Positions 49,423 through 59,920 of a DNA stretch of 64,000 nt are shown one piece after another (position 1 is the stretch's first letter; every line of letters begins with the position of its first letter). Source of the DNA: Nemertoderma westbladi. Lineage: Eukaryota > Animalia > Xenacoelomorpha. Below the pieces are notes generated by a model, which did no database searches, was not told where the DNA came from, and saw nothing but the letters and a program-made list of their open reading frames with translations. Made by a program: the position numbers and the translations under genes. The DNA lies in contig JAUCBJ010000866.1 in NCBI GenBank assembly GCA_032718475.1, positions 1-64,000 on the forward strand. The letters are read 5' to 3'.

Positions 49423-51944
49423 TTAGGGGTAGAATAGCTTACGTTGATAGTTAGACGTAAAGGATAATATATTATCTGTTGAATAAGTTAAATTTGTATA
49501 AGTTACTGTATAATGTACAATGCTCTCTCTCGGTTAGTTGGGAGGGGTGAAGGGGACTCAGTGTAGCATCGGTTAGTTGAGGGGGTGAAGGGGACTCAGT
49601 GTAGCATCGGTTAGTTGAGGGGGTGAAGGGGACTCAGTCTAGCATCGGTTAGTTGGAGGGGGTGAAGGAGACTCAGTGTAGAATCGGTTAGTTGAGGGGT
49701 GAAGGTGACTCAGTGTAGCATCGGTTGTTGGTGAAGATTACTCAGTGTAGCATCGGTTGTTGAGGGGGTGAAGGAGACTCAGTGTAGAATCGGTTAGTTG
49801 AGGGGTGAAGGTGACTCAGTGTAGCATCGGTTGTTGAGGGGGTGAAGGAGACTCAGTGTAGCATCGGTTAGTTGAGGGGGTGAAGGGGACTCAGTGTAGC
49901 ATCGGTTAGTTGAGGGGGTGAAGATTACTCAGTGTAGCATCGGTTAGTTGAGGGGGTGAAGGAGACTCAGTGTAGAATCGGTTAGTTGAGGGGTGAAGGT
50001 GACTCAGTGTAGCATCGGTTGTTGGTGAAGATTACTCAGTGTAGCATCGGTTGTTGAGGGGGTGAAGGAGACTCAGTGTAGCATCGGTTAGTTGAGGGGG
50101 TGAAGGGGACTCAGTGTAGCATCGGTTGTTGAGGGGGTGAAGGAGACTCAGTGTAGCATCGGTTAGTTGAGGGGGTGAAGGAGACTCAGTGTAGAATCGG
50201 TTAGTTGAGGGGTGAATGTGACTCAGTGTAGCATCGGTTGTTGGTGAAGATTACTCAGTGTAGCATCGGTTGTTGAGGGGGTGAAGATTACTCAGTGTAG
50301 CATCGGTTAGTTGAGGGGGTGAAGGGGACTCAGTGTAGCATCGGTTAGTTGAGGGGGTGAAGATTACTCAGTGTAGCATCGGTTAGTTGAGGGGTGAAGG
50401 AGACTCAGTGTAGCATCGGTTAGTTGAGGGGGTGAAGGGGACTCAGTGTAGCATCGGTTGTTGAGGGGGTGAAGGAGACTCAGTGTAGCATCGGTTAGTT
50501 GAGGGGGTGAAGGAGACTCAGTGTAGAATCGGTTAGTTGAGGGGTGAAGGTGACTCAGTGTAGCATCGGTTGTTGGTGAAGATTACTCAGTGTAGCATCG
50601 GTTGTTGAGGGGGTGAAGATTACTCAGTGTAGCATCGGTTAGTTGAGGGGGTGAAGGTTACTCAGTGTAGAATCGGTTAGTTGAGGGGTGAAGGTGACTA
50701 AGTGTAGCATCGGTTGTTGGTGAAGATTACTCAGTGTAGCATCGGTTGTTGAGGGGGTGAAGGAGACTCAGTGTAGCATCGGTTGTTGAGGGGGTGAAGG
50801 AGACTCAGTGTAGCATCGGTTAGTTGAGGGGGTGAAGGAGACTCAGTGTAGCATCGGTTAGTTGAGGGGGTGAAGGGGACTCAGTGTAGCATCGGTTGTT
50901 GAGGAGGTGAAGGAGACTCAGTGTAGCATCGGTTAGTTGAGGGGGTGAAGGAGACTCAGTGTAGAATCGGTTAGTTGAGGGGTGAATGTGACTCAGTGTA
51001 GCATCGGTTGTTGGTGAAGATTACTCAGTGTAGCATCGGTTGTTGAGGGGGTGAAGATTACTCAGTGTAGCATCGGTTAGTTGAGGGGGTGAAGGGGACT
51101 CAGTGTAGCATCGGTTAGTTGAGGGGGTGAAGATTACTCAGTGTAGCATCGGTTAGTTGAGGGGGTGAAGGAGACTCAGTGTAGCATCGGTTAGTTGAGG
51201 GGGTGAAGGGGACTCAGTGTAGCATCGGTTGTTGAGGGGGTGAAGGAGACTCAGTGTAGCATCGGTTAGTTGAGGGGGTGAAGGAGACTCAGTGTAGAAT
51301 CGGTTAGTTGAGGGGGTGAAGGTGACTCAGTGTAGCATCGGTTGTTGGTGAAGATTACTCAGTGTAGCATCGGTTGTTGAGGGGGTGAAGATTACTCAGT
51401 GTAGCATCGGTTAGTTGAGGGGGTGAAGGTTACTCAGTGTAGAATCGGTTAGTTGAGGGGTGAAGGTGACTAAGTGTAGCATCGGTTGTTGGTGAAGATT
51501 ACTCAGTGTAGCATCGGTTGTTGAGGGGGTGAAGGAGACTCAGTGTAGCATCGGTTGTTGAGGGGGTGAAGGAGACTCAGTGTAGCATCGGTTAGTTGAG
51601 GGGGTGAAGGAGACTCAGTGTAGCACCGGTTAGTTGAGGGGGTGAAGGGGACTCAGTGTAGCATCGGTTGTTGAGGGGGTGTGGGGACTCAGTGTAGCAT
51701 CGGTTGTTGAGGGGGTGTGGGGACTCAGTGTAGCATCGGTTAGTTGAGGGGGGTGAAGGGGACTCAGTGTAGCATCGGTTGTTGAGGGGGTGTGGGGACT
51801 CAGTGTAGCATCGGTTGTTGAGGGGGTGTGGGGACTCAGTGTAGCATCGGTTAGTTGAGGGGGTGAAGGGGACTCAGTGTAGCATCGGTTAGTTGAGGGG
51901 GTGAAGGGGACTCAGTGTAGCCCCCCCCCCCCCCCCCCCCCCAC

Positions 51945-54900
51945 CTACCCCCTGAGGTCTTTAATATTCCTGGGAGTCCATTTACACAATCATAATAGAC
52001 ATGTACAGAACAAACAGTGTCCCCCAGGAAATGAAAACAAATAAGTTCTTGCCAGTTCCCAAAAAGGGCAACCTAACATTCTTTGGATCTTTTCGTTAAA
52101 TATCGTTGATATCTATCCCTGCAAAGCTACAGTATAATTGTATTATTATTTTTTTTTTTGCGGCGCCGACATTGGAAAGAACTCCCAGGCGAGTTGCGTG
52201 GAGGCTCTCATTGCCTTCATTCAAGAAAAAAACTAAAAAGCTTTTACTTTAAGCTGGAATACCAAAACTGTCCTGATTAGTTTATATGACATTAATTTTA
52301 ACATTTTTATTTCATATACATTGTTTTAAAAAAACTCATATTTTATTGGAATGATCTCTAATTGATTAATTTTTACTGTGCGTTAGCGCCTAGATCATCA
52401 TGTATATCGCGCTTTATAAATACAATTATTTATTATTATAATTCAGTCTCTCGATCACGTATGGTCAGCTTCCATTATATGGAATCACTGAGGAAATTAT
52501 TGCACCAGCAGCAGCAGATAACTATACGATGTTCATACAATGACATCTTTGTCTATATCATCGATGGTGGCAAAGATGCTTTCGAAGTTTTGTGGGATTT
52601 CCTACAGTATACCACACTTCCACTTTTCTTATTCAGAATTGTGTAGTGGATTATGTTCTACGCATGTCCTTAGACTATCTTAGTGAAATCCAGACTAGCG
52701 TACCTTACTGATCTGAAGACTTACGAGTACTCATAGAATCACTATAGGGAGCCCAGTGGTTCCTCATCTCATCGGATCAGGCTGAATGTTGATCTTTTTG
52801 TTAATCTGGGAGTCCGATTCCCTTCGATGACGTCATGGGAAGCCATTAGTATCATTGAATTTGTCTGTCCAGGATTTGGAAGCGACATATCGGAATCGTA
52901 AGGTTCAATTATTTAGTGCAACAGTAGAATCCTATATGGGAGTCCAACAGTAGGGACCTATATGGGAGTCCAACAGTAGGGACCTATATGGGAGTCCAAC
53001 AGTAGGGACCTATATGGGAGTCCAACAGTAGGGACCTATATGGGAGTCCAACAGTAGGGACCTATATGGGAGTCCAACAGTAGGGACCTATATGGGAGTC
53101 CAACAGTAGGGACCTATATGGGAGTCCAACAGTAGGGACCTATATGGGAGTCCAACAGTAGGGACCTATATGGGAGTCCAACAGTAGGGACCTATATGGG
53201 AGTCCAACAGTAGGGACCTATATGGGAGTCCAACAGTAGGGACCTATATGGGAGTCCAACAGTAGGGACCTATATGGGAGTCCAACAGTAGGGACCTATA
53301 TGGGAGTCCAACAGTAGGGACCTATATGGGAGTCCAACAGTAGGGACCTATATGGGAGTCCAACAGTAGGGACCTATATGGGAGTCCAACAGTAGGGACC
53401 TATATGGGAGTCCAACAGTAGGGACCTATATGGGAGTCCAACAGTAGGGACCTATATGGGAGTCCAACAGTAGGGACCTATATGGGAGTCCAACAGTAGG
53501 GACCTATATGGGAGTCCAACAGTAGGGACCTATATGGGAGTCCAACAGTAGGGACCTATATAGGAGTCCAACAGTAGGGATCTATATGGGAGTCCAACAG
53601 TAGGGACCTATATGGGAGTCCAACAGTAGGGACCTATATGGGAGTCCAACAGTAGGGACCTATATGGGAGTCCAACAGTAGGGACCTATATGGGAGTCCA
53701 ACAGTAGGGACCTATATGGGAGTCCAACAGTAGGGACCTATATGGGAGTCCAACAGTAGGGACCTATATGGGAGTCCAACAGTAGGGACCTATATGGGAG
53801 TCCAACAGTAGGGACCTATATGGGAGTCCAACAGTAGGGACCTATATGGGAGTCCAACAGTAGGGACCTATATGGGAGTCCAACAGTAGGGACCTATATG
53901 GGAGTCCAACAGTAGGGACCTATATGGGAGTCCAACAGTAGGGACCTATATGGGAGTCCAACAGTAGGGACCTATATGGGAGTCCAACAGTAGGGACCTA
54001 TATGGGAGTCCAACAGTAGGGACCTATATGGGAGTCCAACAGTAGGGACCTATATGGGAGTCCAACAGTAGGGACCTATATGGGAGTCCAACAGTAGGGA
54101 CCTATATGGGAGTCCAACAGTAGGGACCTATATGGGAGTCCAACAGTAGGGACCTATATGGGAGTCCAACAGTAGGGACCTATATGGGAGTCCAACAGTA
54201 GGGACCTATATGGGAGTCCAACAGTAGGGACCTATATGGGAGTCCAACAGTAGGGACCTATATGGGAGTCCAACAGTAGGGACCTATATGGGAGTCCAAC
54301 AGTAGGGATCTATATGGGAGTCCAACAGTAGGGACCTATATGGGAGTCCAACAGTAGGGACCTATATGGGAGTCCAACAGTAGGGACCTATATAGGAGTC
54401 CAACAGTAGGGATCTATATGGGAGTCCAACAGTAGGGACCTATATGGGAGTCCAACAGTAGGGACCTATATGGGAGTCCAACAGTAGGGACCTATATGGG
54501 AGTCCAACAGTAGGGACCTATATGGGAGTCCAACAGTAGGGACCTATATGGGAGTCCAACAGTAGGGACCTATATGGGAGTCCAACAGTAGGGACCTATA
54601 TGGGAGTCCAACAGTAGGGACCTATATGGGAGTCCAACAGTAGGGACCTATATGGGAGTCCAACAGTAGGGACCTATATGGGAGTCCAACAGTAGGGACC
54701 TATATGGGAGTCCAACAGTAGGGACCTATATGGGAGTCCAACAGTAGGGACCTATATGGGAGTCCAACAGTAGGGACCTATATGGGAGTCCAACAGTAGG
54801 GACCTATATGGGAGTCCAACAGTAGGGACCTATATGGGAGTCCAACAGTAGGGACCTATATGGGAGTCCAACAGTAGGGACCTATATGGGAGTCCAACAG

Positions 54901-55368
54901 TAGGGACCTATATGGGAGTCCAACAGTAGGGACCTATATGGGAGTCCAACAGTAGGGACCTATATGGGAGTCCAACAGTAGGGACCTATATGGGAGTCCA
55001 ACAGTAGGGACCTATATGGGAGTCCAACAGTAGGGACCTATATGGGAGTCCATGCTGGGCTCTAACTGCGAGGATTTGTTAATCTCTGGATGGTACTTAT
55101 ACACGAATGCTGCGTCGGGTTCACTGTGTCAAGTACAATGTACACATCTCCAACTAGACCTTATACAGCATTATACTCATTAAAACCCCCAAGCTTGGCA
55201 ATTGGACTAGGCCGCCTCCGCTTTGCGGAACATTGCTTTAGCAGTGAGGACCAGTAGATTAAAGATGCGGGTAATCTCGCGAAAGTCATGGGGGATAGGG
55301 ATTTGTGTCGGCGAAATTTTGTTGATTCGATGATTCTACATATCATTCTTAATGAAGCTGCATTGTAG
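51945..55368 (+). mobile_element. Degenerate RTE-like LINE interrupted by a 26-bp array
   Basis: collinear similarity to 58690-59890 (ccccctgaggtcttta, gttcccaaaaagggcaacctaaca, gggagtccatgctgggctctaactg, 3' UTR). Confidence 0.8.
52919..55051. repeat. 26-bp minisatellite, about 82 nearly identical copies
   Basis: unit cctatatgggagtccaacagtaggga. Confidence 0.95.
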
Positions 55369-56171
55369 CCGATAATATAGATATATTTGATATGCGGCAT
55401 ATCCACCTGCTTTTCTCAGCAATTATTTATGCCTGGTTGTCTGAGATCAGCGCTTTCGTTGCCATTGAGTCCAATCTGTTTTATTTTCTAGTCATTTATT
55501 CATCATCATCCATCACCATCAATCAGCAGACCAGATTGGAGACCAGTCTGTTGTAGTTGTACTTCACACTGAGGTTCCTCATCTTCACACTGAGGTTCCT
55601 GGGGTGTAACCCCTTGTTTGTGGGAACGAAGTCTAAGAAGTCTTATCTTAGCCACGATAAGGTGATTATCATTCTGAAATGAACGCTATGTGAGACCATA
55701 GAAACACAGAACTGTATTCGGCTGTATTTTCTTCCGAAAGAGATGCTGGTCAATAATTTGGAACTGCTGAGCGTTTGGATACATTTCTGAAACATGTCTT
55801 TCATCCTTGATTGGTCGATAAATGGGAAGCAAGGTAACTTTGGAACACAGTGGAAGAGCTTATTGGGTAGTTTTGGTATAATTTTGCTCCATACTAGATT
55901 CTTTTTAAATATTTAATTGGCGTGCTCTATGTGTTCTACCGTTTGAATAATTTATCACTAAATCACAAGAGTACCGTGGAGGGTTTAATGTGGCGCCAAT
56001 GGTGATAAAAGGGGTTCCTTTGGGAAACAGGGTAAGGGTTTTTGAAGAACATCCATGGTGGTGAACAGGGATTCCCTGGCTTAATGGGGCTAAAAGAATC
56101 TCCCATTTATATTTATATATTCAAATAAAATAAACATTTGATCACTCACATTTATTTCGTTTAATTTATAG

Positions 56172-56343
56172 TTCTCACCAGCAGTGAGCAGCAGGTCCGC
56201 TCCTGTGCGTTACCATGGGAACTACTTAGGTGTTGGTGGACAACCTGATTACAGACGGGAGAGTATGGACAGTGAATTGGACGACACGTCAACGCCCAGT
56301 AGTAGGCGCGAGAGTTTGGGTTGCAATGGTCATACCCCTACAG
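56172..56343 (+). CDS. Cav3: Cav3 exon: II-III linker
   Basis: ttatag| phase 0 FSPAVSSRSAPVRYHGNYLG...RRESLGCNGHTPT, cag|gtgagt; phase-compatible on both sides, but the linker sequence is poorly conserved. Confidence 0.75.
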
Positions 56344-56517
56344 GTGAGTGCTACCCCCTACAGGTGAGTGCTACCCCCTATAGGTGAGTTCTACCCCCTA
56401 CAGGTGAATGCTACCCCCTACAGGTGAGGGCTACCCCCTACAGGTGAGTGCTACCCCAGGTGAGTACTTGCGTGTGATACCCCTTACTAGTGAGTACTAA
56501 GCCCTACTAGTGAGTGA
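56335..56517 (+). repeat. 20-bp donor-containing repeat, 5' part
   Basis: cccctacag|gtgagtgctac about 6-7 times starting at the exon end, then ctactagtgagt variants. Confidence 0.9.
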
Positions 56518-59500
56518 GTCAGGTCAGGTCAGGTATTCTAGGTTATTGATCAAGAAAACTTGCCACCTCCATGCAGCATAAAGGAGGTGCCACCTGTAGC
56601 TGCATAGACCCTCTTACTAGGGCAAATCTGGTCCTGTAACTAGGACCCCCTTCGTTCTGGGATAAGGACGCCCTTGGTCCTGGATTAAGGACCCATATAC
56701 TTGGCTGCAGGGGTATATGGCCTGACCAGGCAGATGGTGATCTACCAATGGCTGGTCAGGAGTAGAGTGTTCTCATGTCCACTCTGAGTGCACTTCACTG
56801 CGACCTGCACCTGGATGAAAGGGTACAGGGCATGACCCAGCAGATGAGCTGCAACAGCCAATGGTGGGTCATGTGCGTCAGAGTAGATATGGGTGATGGG
56901 CCTCATATCTGACTCCATTGCGACACCCACCCTGTGGAATGGCAAACCAGGGTGTGGTATTTGCCCCGAGAGCTGACTCGGCAGAAAAGCACCCCCCAAC
57001 CCCCTCTATAGATTACATTAGTAATGCGGAGGTCCAGCCACTGGAGGCCAGTGGAATGACTGGACACAATCGGCCTCACAGGCGTCAGTTCTCCTGATCG
57101 GCTGCCTGTCACACCCCCTACTGGGGAGAGAGCGGCAAACAATTCTTTGAGTCCCTTTCCTGATGACCTTTCTGGCCCAAACCCTGGGTCACCAGGGAGG
57201 CCAGATTGTGAGGGGGAGAGGGATTCTGGAGTTGGAGTCTACTCTCATGTTCCTAAGAGAAAGTCTAGTCTAGTGACTTGCCTCAGTAAACACCCTAACA
57301 CTCGGGTCCCTAATGCGACAAGGTGAGCTGACTGCCTTGGCAGATAAGCTTTCTCTTAGCGCAGTGGGTGTTCAAGAGCACCGAATGCAGACTGGACAGA
57401 CTGATGAGGTTCTGATTAAGGACATGGGGGGCGGTTGGCGACTCGCCTCGCTTCAGCAGATGATAGTGGCAATGGTGGAATTGGTCTATTGATGAATCCA
57501 ACTGCACATGCAGCATTGGACAAAATAGACCAAATCTCTAACCGCATCATCCGTTGCCACTTCTCATGTTCTGGAAGACTGGCTAAGAAGTTTCCTAAGG
57601 TGGTTCTGATTGTGTGCTACTCTCCAACTAGTGTTGCCCCTGTAGAGGAGGTGGAAAATTTCTACCAGAATCTACAAGCAGCTACAGATGGAGTGGATCA
57701 GCAATCAGCATGCATTCTTAACATTCCTGGGAGACTTTAATGCAAGTCTGCATCAATCACCTACATCGCCCTGGGTCTATAGGAATAGTGTTAACCGAAA
57801 TTCCGTCCATCTTCAGGATTTTATCTCTGGAAATAAATTGTTTTCGGCTGGAACCCAGTTCAAGAAGCGAACTGGAAAGCTATGGACTCAAAGTGGACCC
57901 AGTGGTCACAAGTCCCAGATAAACCATATCCTGTTTCGTAGGAAATACAGGAGCTCTATACAAGACTGTAATGCATTTACACTTCGACCCTTCTCCAGTG
58001 ATCACCGCCTTATTGTGGCCAAGGTAAGACTTAGTCTGCGTGCTAGCAGAACAACGAAATCTGCCTTGCCGCGGCATGACTGGTCCTCTCTGTTGCAACA
58101 GCCAAGTGTGAGATCCAGCTTCACACTACAGCTGAGCAACAGGTATAAGGTTCTTGCCTGTGAGGCGGCGCATCACCGTGAGGGCTATACTGCCTTCACA
58201 GAGGCAGTTAAGTTAGCAGCTGCAGAAACAGTTCCTGTATACCCTCGAAACAGGAAACGGGCCCCCTGGACTGACAACAAAATTCAGAAGTGCCGAAATG
58301 ACCTCTACAAGGCGCAGAAAGAGTCCCAACTCAAACAGACTACAGCGGCCAAGAATGCAGTTAAGGCTGCATCTAGGTCCCTGAACAGGCAGTACTCTGT
58401 TAATTTACAGGAGCTAATAAACCAACAGGTTGATGCCATCAATGATGTTGACGACAGCAGGCAATCATCCCAGGTTAAGGCTGAATCACCATCCGATCGC
58501 CTCAATGGTTGGAAGGCCCACTTTGAAAAGCTCCTCAATAATGACAGGGTATTGCCTGATAACTTTATAGAAGTAAAAGTGTCTGAGTCTGTACTCCCAG
58601 ATATTCCCATTGGTGATATCTCCTTTGCAGAAGTGAAGGCTGCTGCAAAGAGCATTAAGACCAATCGTGCCAGTGGAGTAGATGGTGTTCCCCCTGAGGT
58701 CTTTAAAATACCTGAGTGTTTAAAGCTCATCTATCCCATCATAGTAGACATGTACCGAACAACAAGAGTCCCACAAGAAATAAAAACAAATAAGTTGGTG
58801 CCAGTTCCCAAGAAGGGCAACCTAACACTCTATGGTTCTTTTCGGGGAATCTCATTGATCTCGATTGCTGCAAAGCTATACAATAGGATTCTATTAAATC
58901 GCATCAGGGATCCCATTGAGAAACTGCTCCGTGGAAATCAGAATGGGTTCCGTAAAGGTCGTGGGACCATGGAGCCCATTTTGGCACTTAGAAGGATAAT
59001 TGAAGAGTTATCAAAAAAGAAAGACAGGCATCTGGCTGTTATCTTTGTTGACTTCTTCAAGGCCCTTGATTCAGTCTCTCGCTCACGTATGTTCAGCATA
59101 CTTTCATTATATGGGATTCCTGATGAAATTATTGCAGCAATCAGATCAGTATACGATGGTTCGACAACATTTTGTGTCTACTGTTGACGGTGACACAGAA
59201 CCATTTGAAGTGTTATGGGGCGTCCTCCAGGGAGACACACTTGCACCATTCTTGTTCATGGTATGCTTGAGCATGGTATGCGTGAGCATGTGGATGACTT
59301 CTGTTACCTGGGATCATGGATCCGGAAGTCAGGTGAGGACCTTCGAATACGTAAGGGAAAGGCATGGGCAGCCTTGAATAGTCTTTCCAGGATTTGGAAG
59401 TCACCGAGAATTAATCGGAAACTTAAGGTCCGATTATTTAGAGCAGCAGTAGTTCCAGTACTCCTCTATGGGAGTCCATGCTTTGCTCTAACTGCTGAGG

Positions 59501-59919
59501 ACACCAAATCTCTGGATGGCACATTCACAAGAATGCTACGCCGGGTTCATTGTGTCAAGTACAATGCACACATCTCCAACAAGACACTATATAACATTGG
59601 AGGTGTCTCACTGGTTCCCCCAACTTGACACTAGAACAAAATCGCCTCCGCTTTGCAGGACATTGCTTTCGCCGTGAGGACCAGCCAGTGCATAATCTTG
59701 TACTTTGGCAGCCTCATGGAGTGAATAAGCATGGTGGACAGCCCATGACTTTGTTGAGACGCATCTTAAAGGACACTGACCTTGAAGATGCGGATGATCT
59801 AGCAAATGTCATGGGTGATAGGGAGTTGTGGCGGTGCAATTTTGTCGATAAGCCGGCACAGCATTCTTAAAAATGCAGCTGCAATGCAGCATGCCGATCC
59901 TAGTAGTAGTAGTAGTAGT
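56518..59919 (+). mobile_element. Near full-length RTE-clade LINE (APE and RT, frameshifted, internal deletion)
   Basis: GNGGIGLLM, CYSPT, GDFNA, SDHRL endonuclease; PVPKKG, QNGFR, FVDFFKA, GVLQGDTLAPFLF RT; (TAG)n tail; about 17-bp TSD GCCCTACTAGTGAGTGA (56501-56517/59923-59939). Confidence 0.9.
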
Positions 59920-59920
59920 T

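Larger units (their letters stand above)
29092..51920 (+). repeat. 39-bp minisatellite derived from a Cav3 exon end and 5' splice site; four blocks (29092-36958, 45320-46226, 47093-47620, 49530-51920), about 300 copies
   Basis: unit gaaggagactcagtgtagcatcg|gttagttgggaggggt; the first unit overlaps the exon ending at 29114. Confidence 0.95.

Noticed and set aside
29092-51920. CRISPR-like appearance of the regular repeats
   Set aside because: No unique spacers, no cas genes and a spliced eukaryotic context; these are head-to-tail minisatellites
57395-57425. CTGATGA hammerhead core
   Set aside because: No flanking stems or GAAA in the right place; it lies in LINE endonuclease coding sequence
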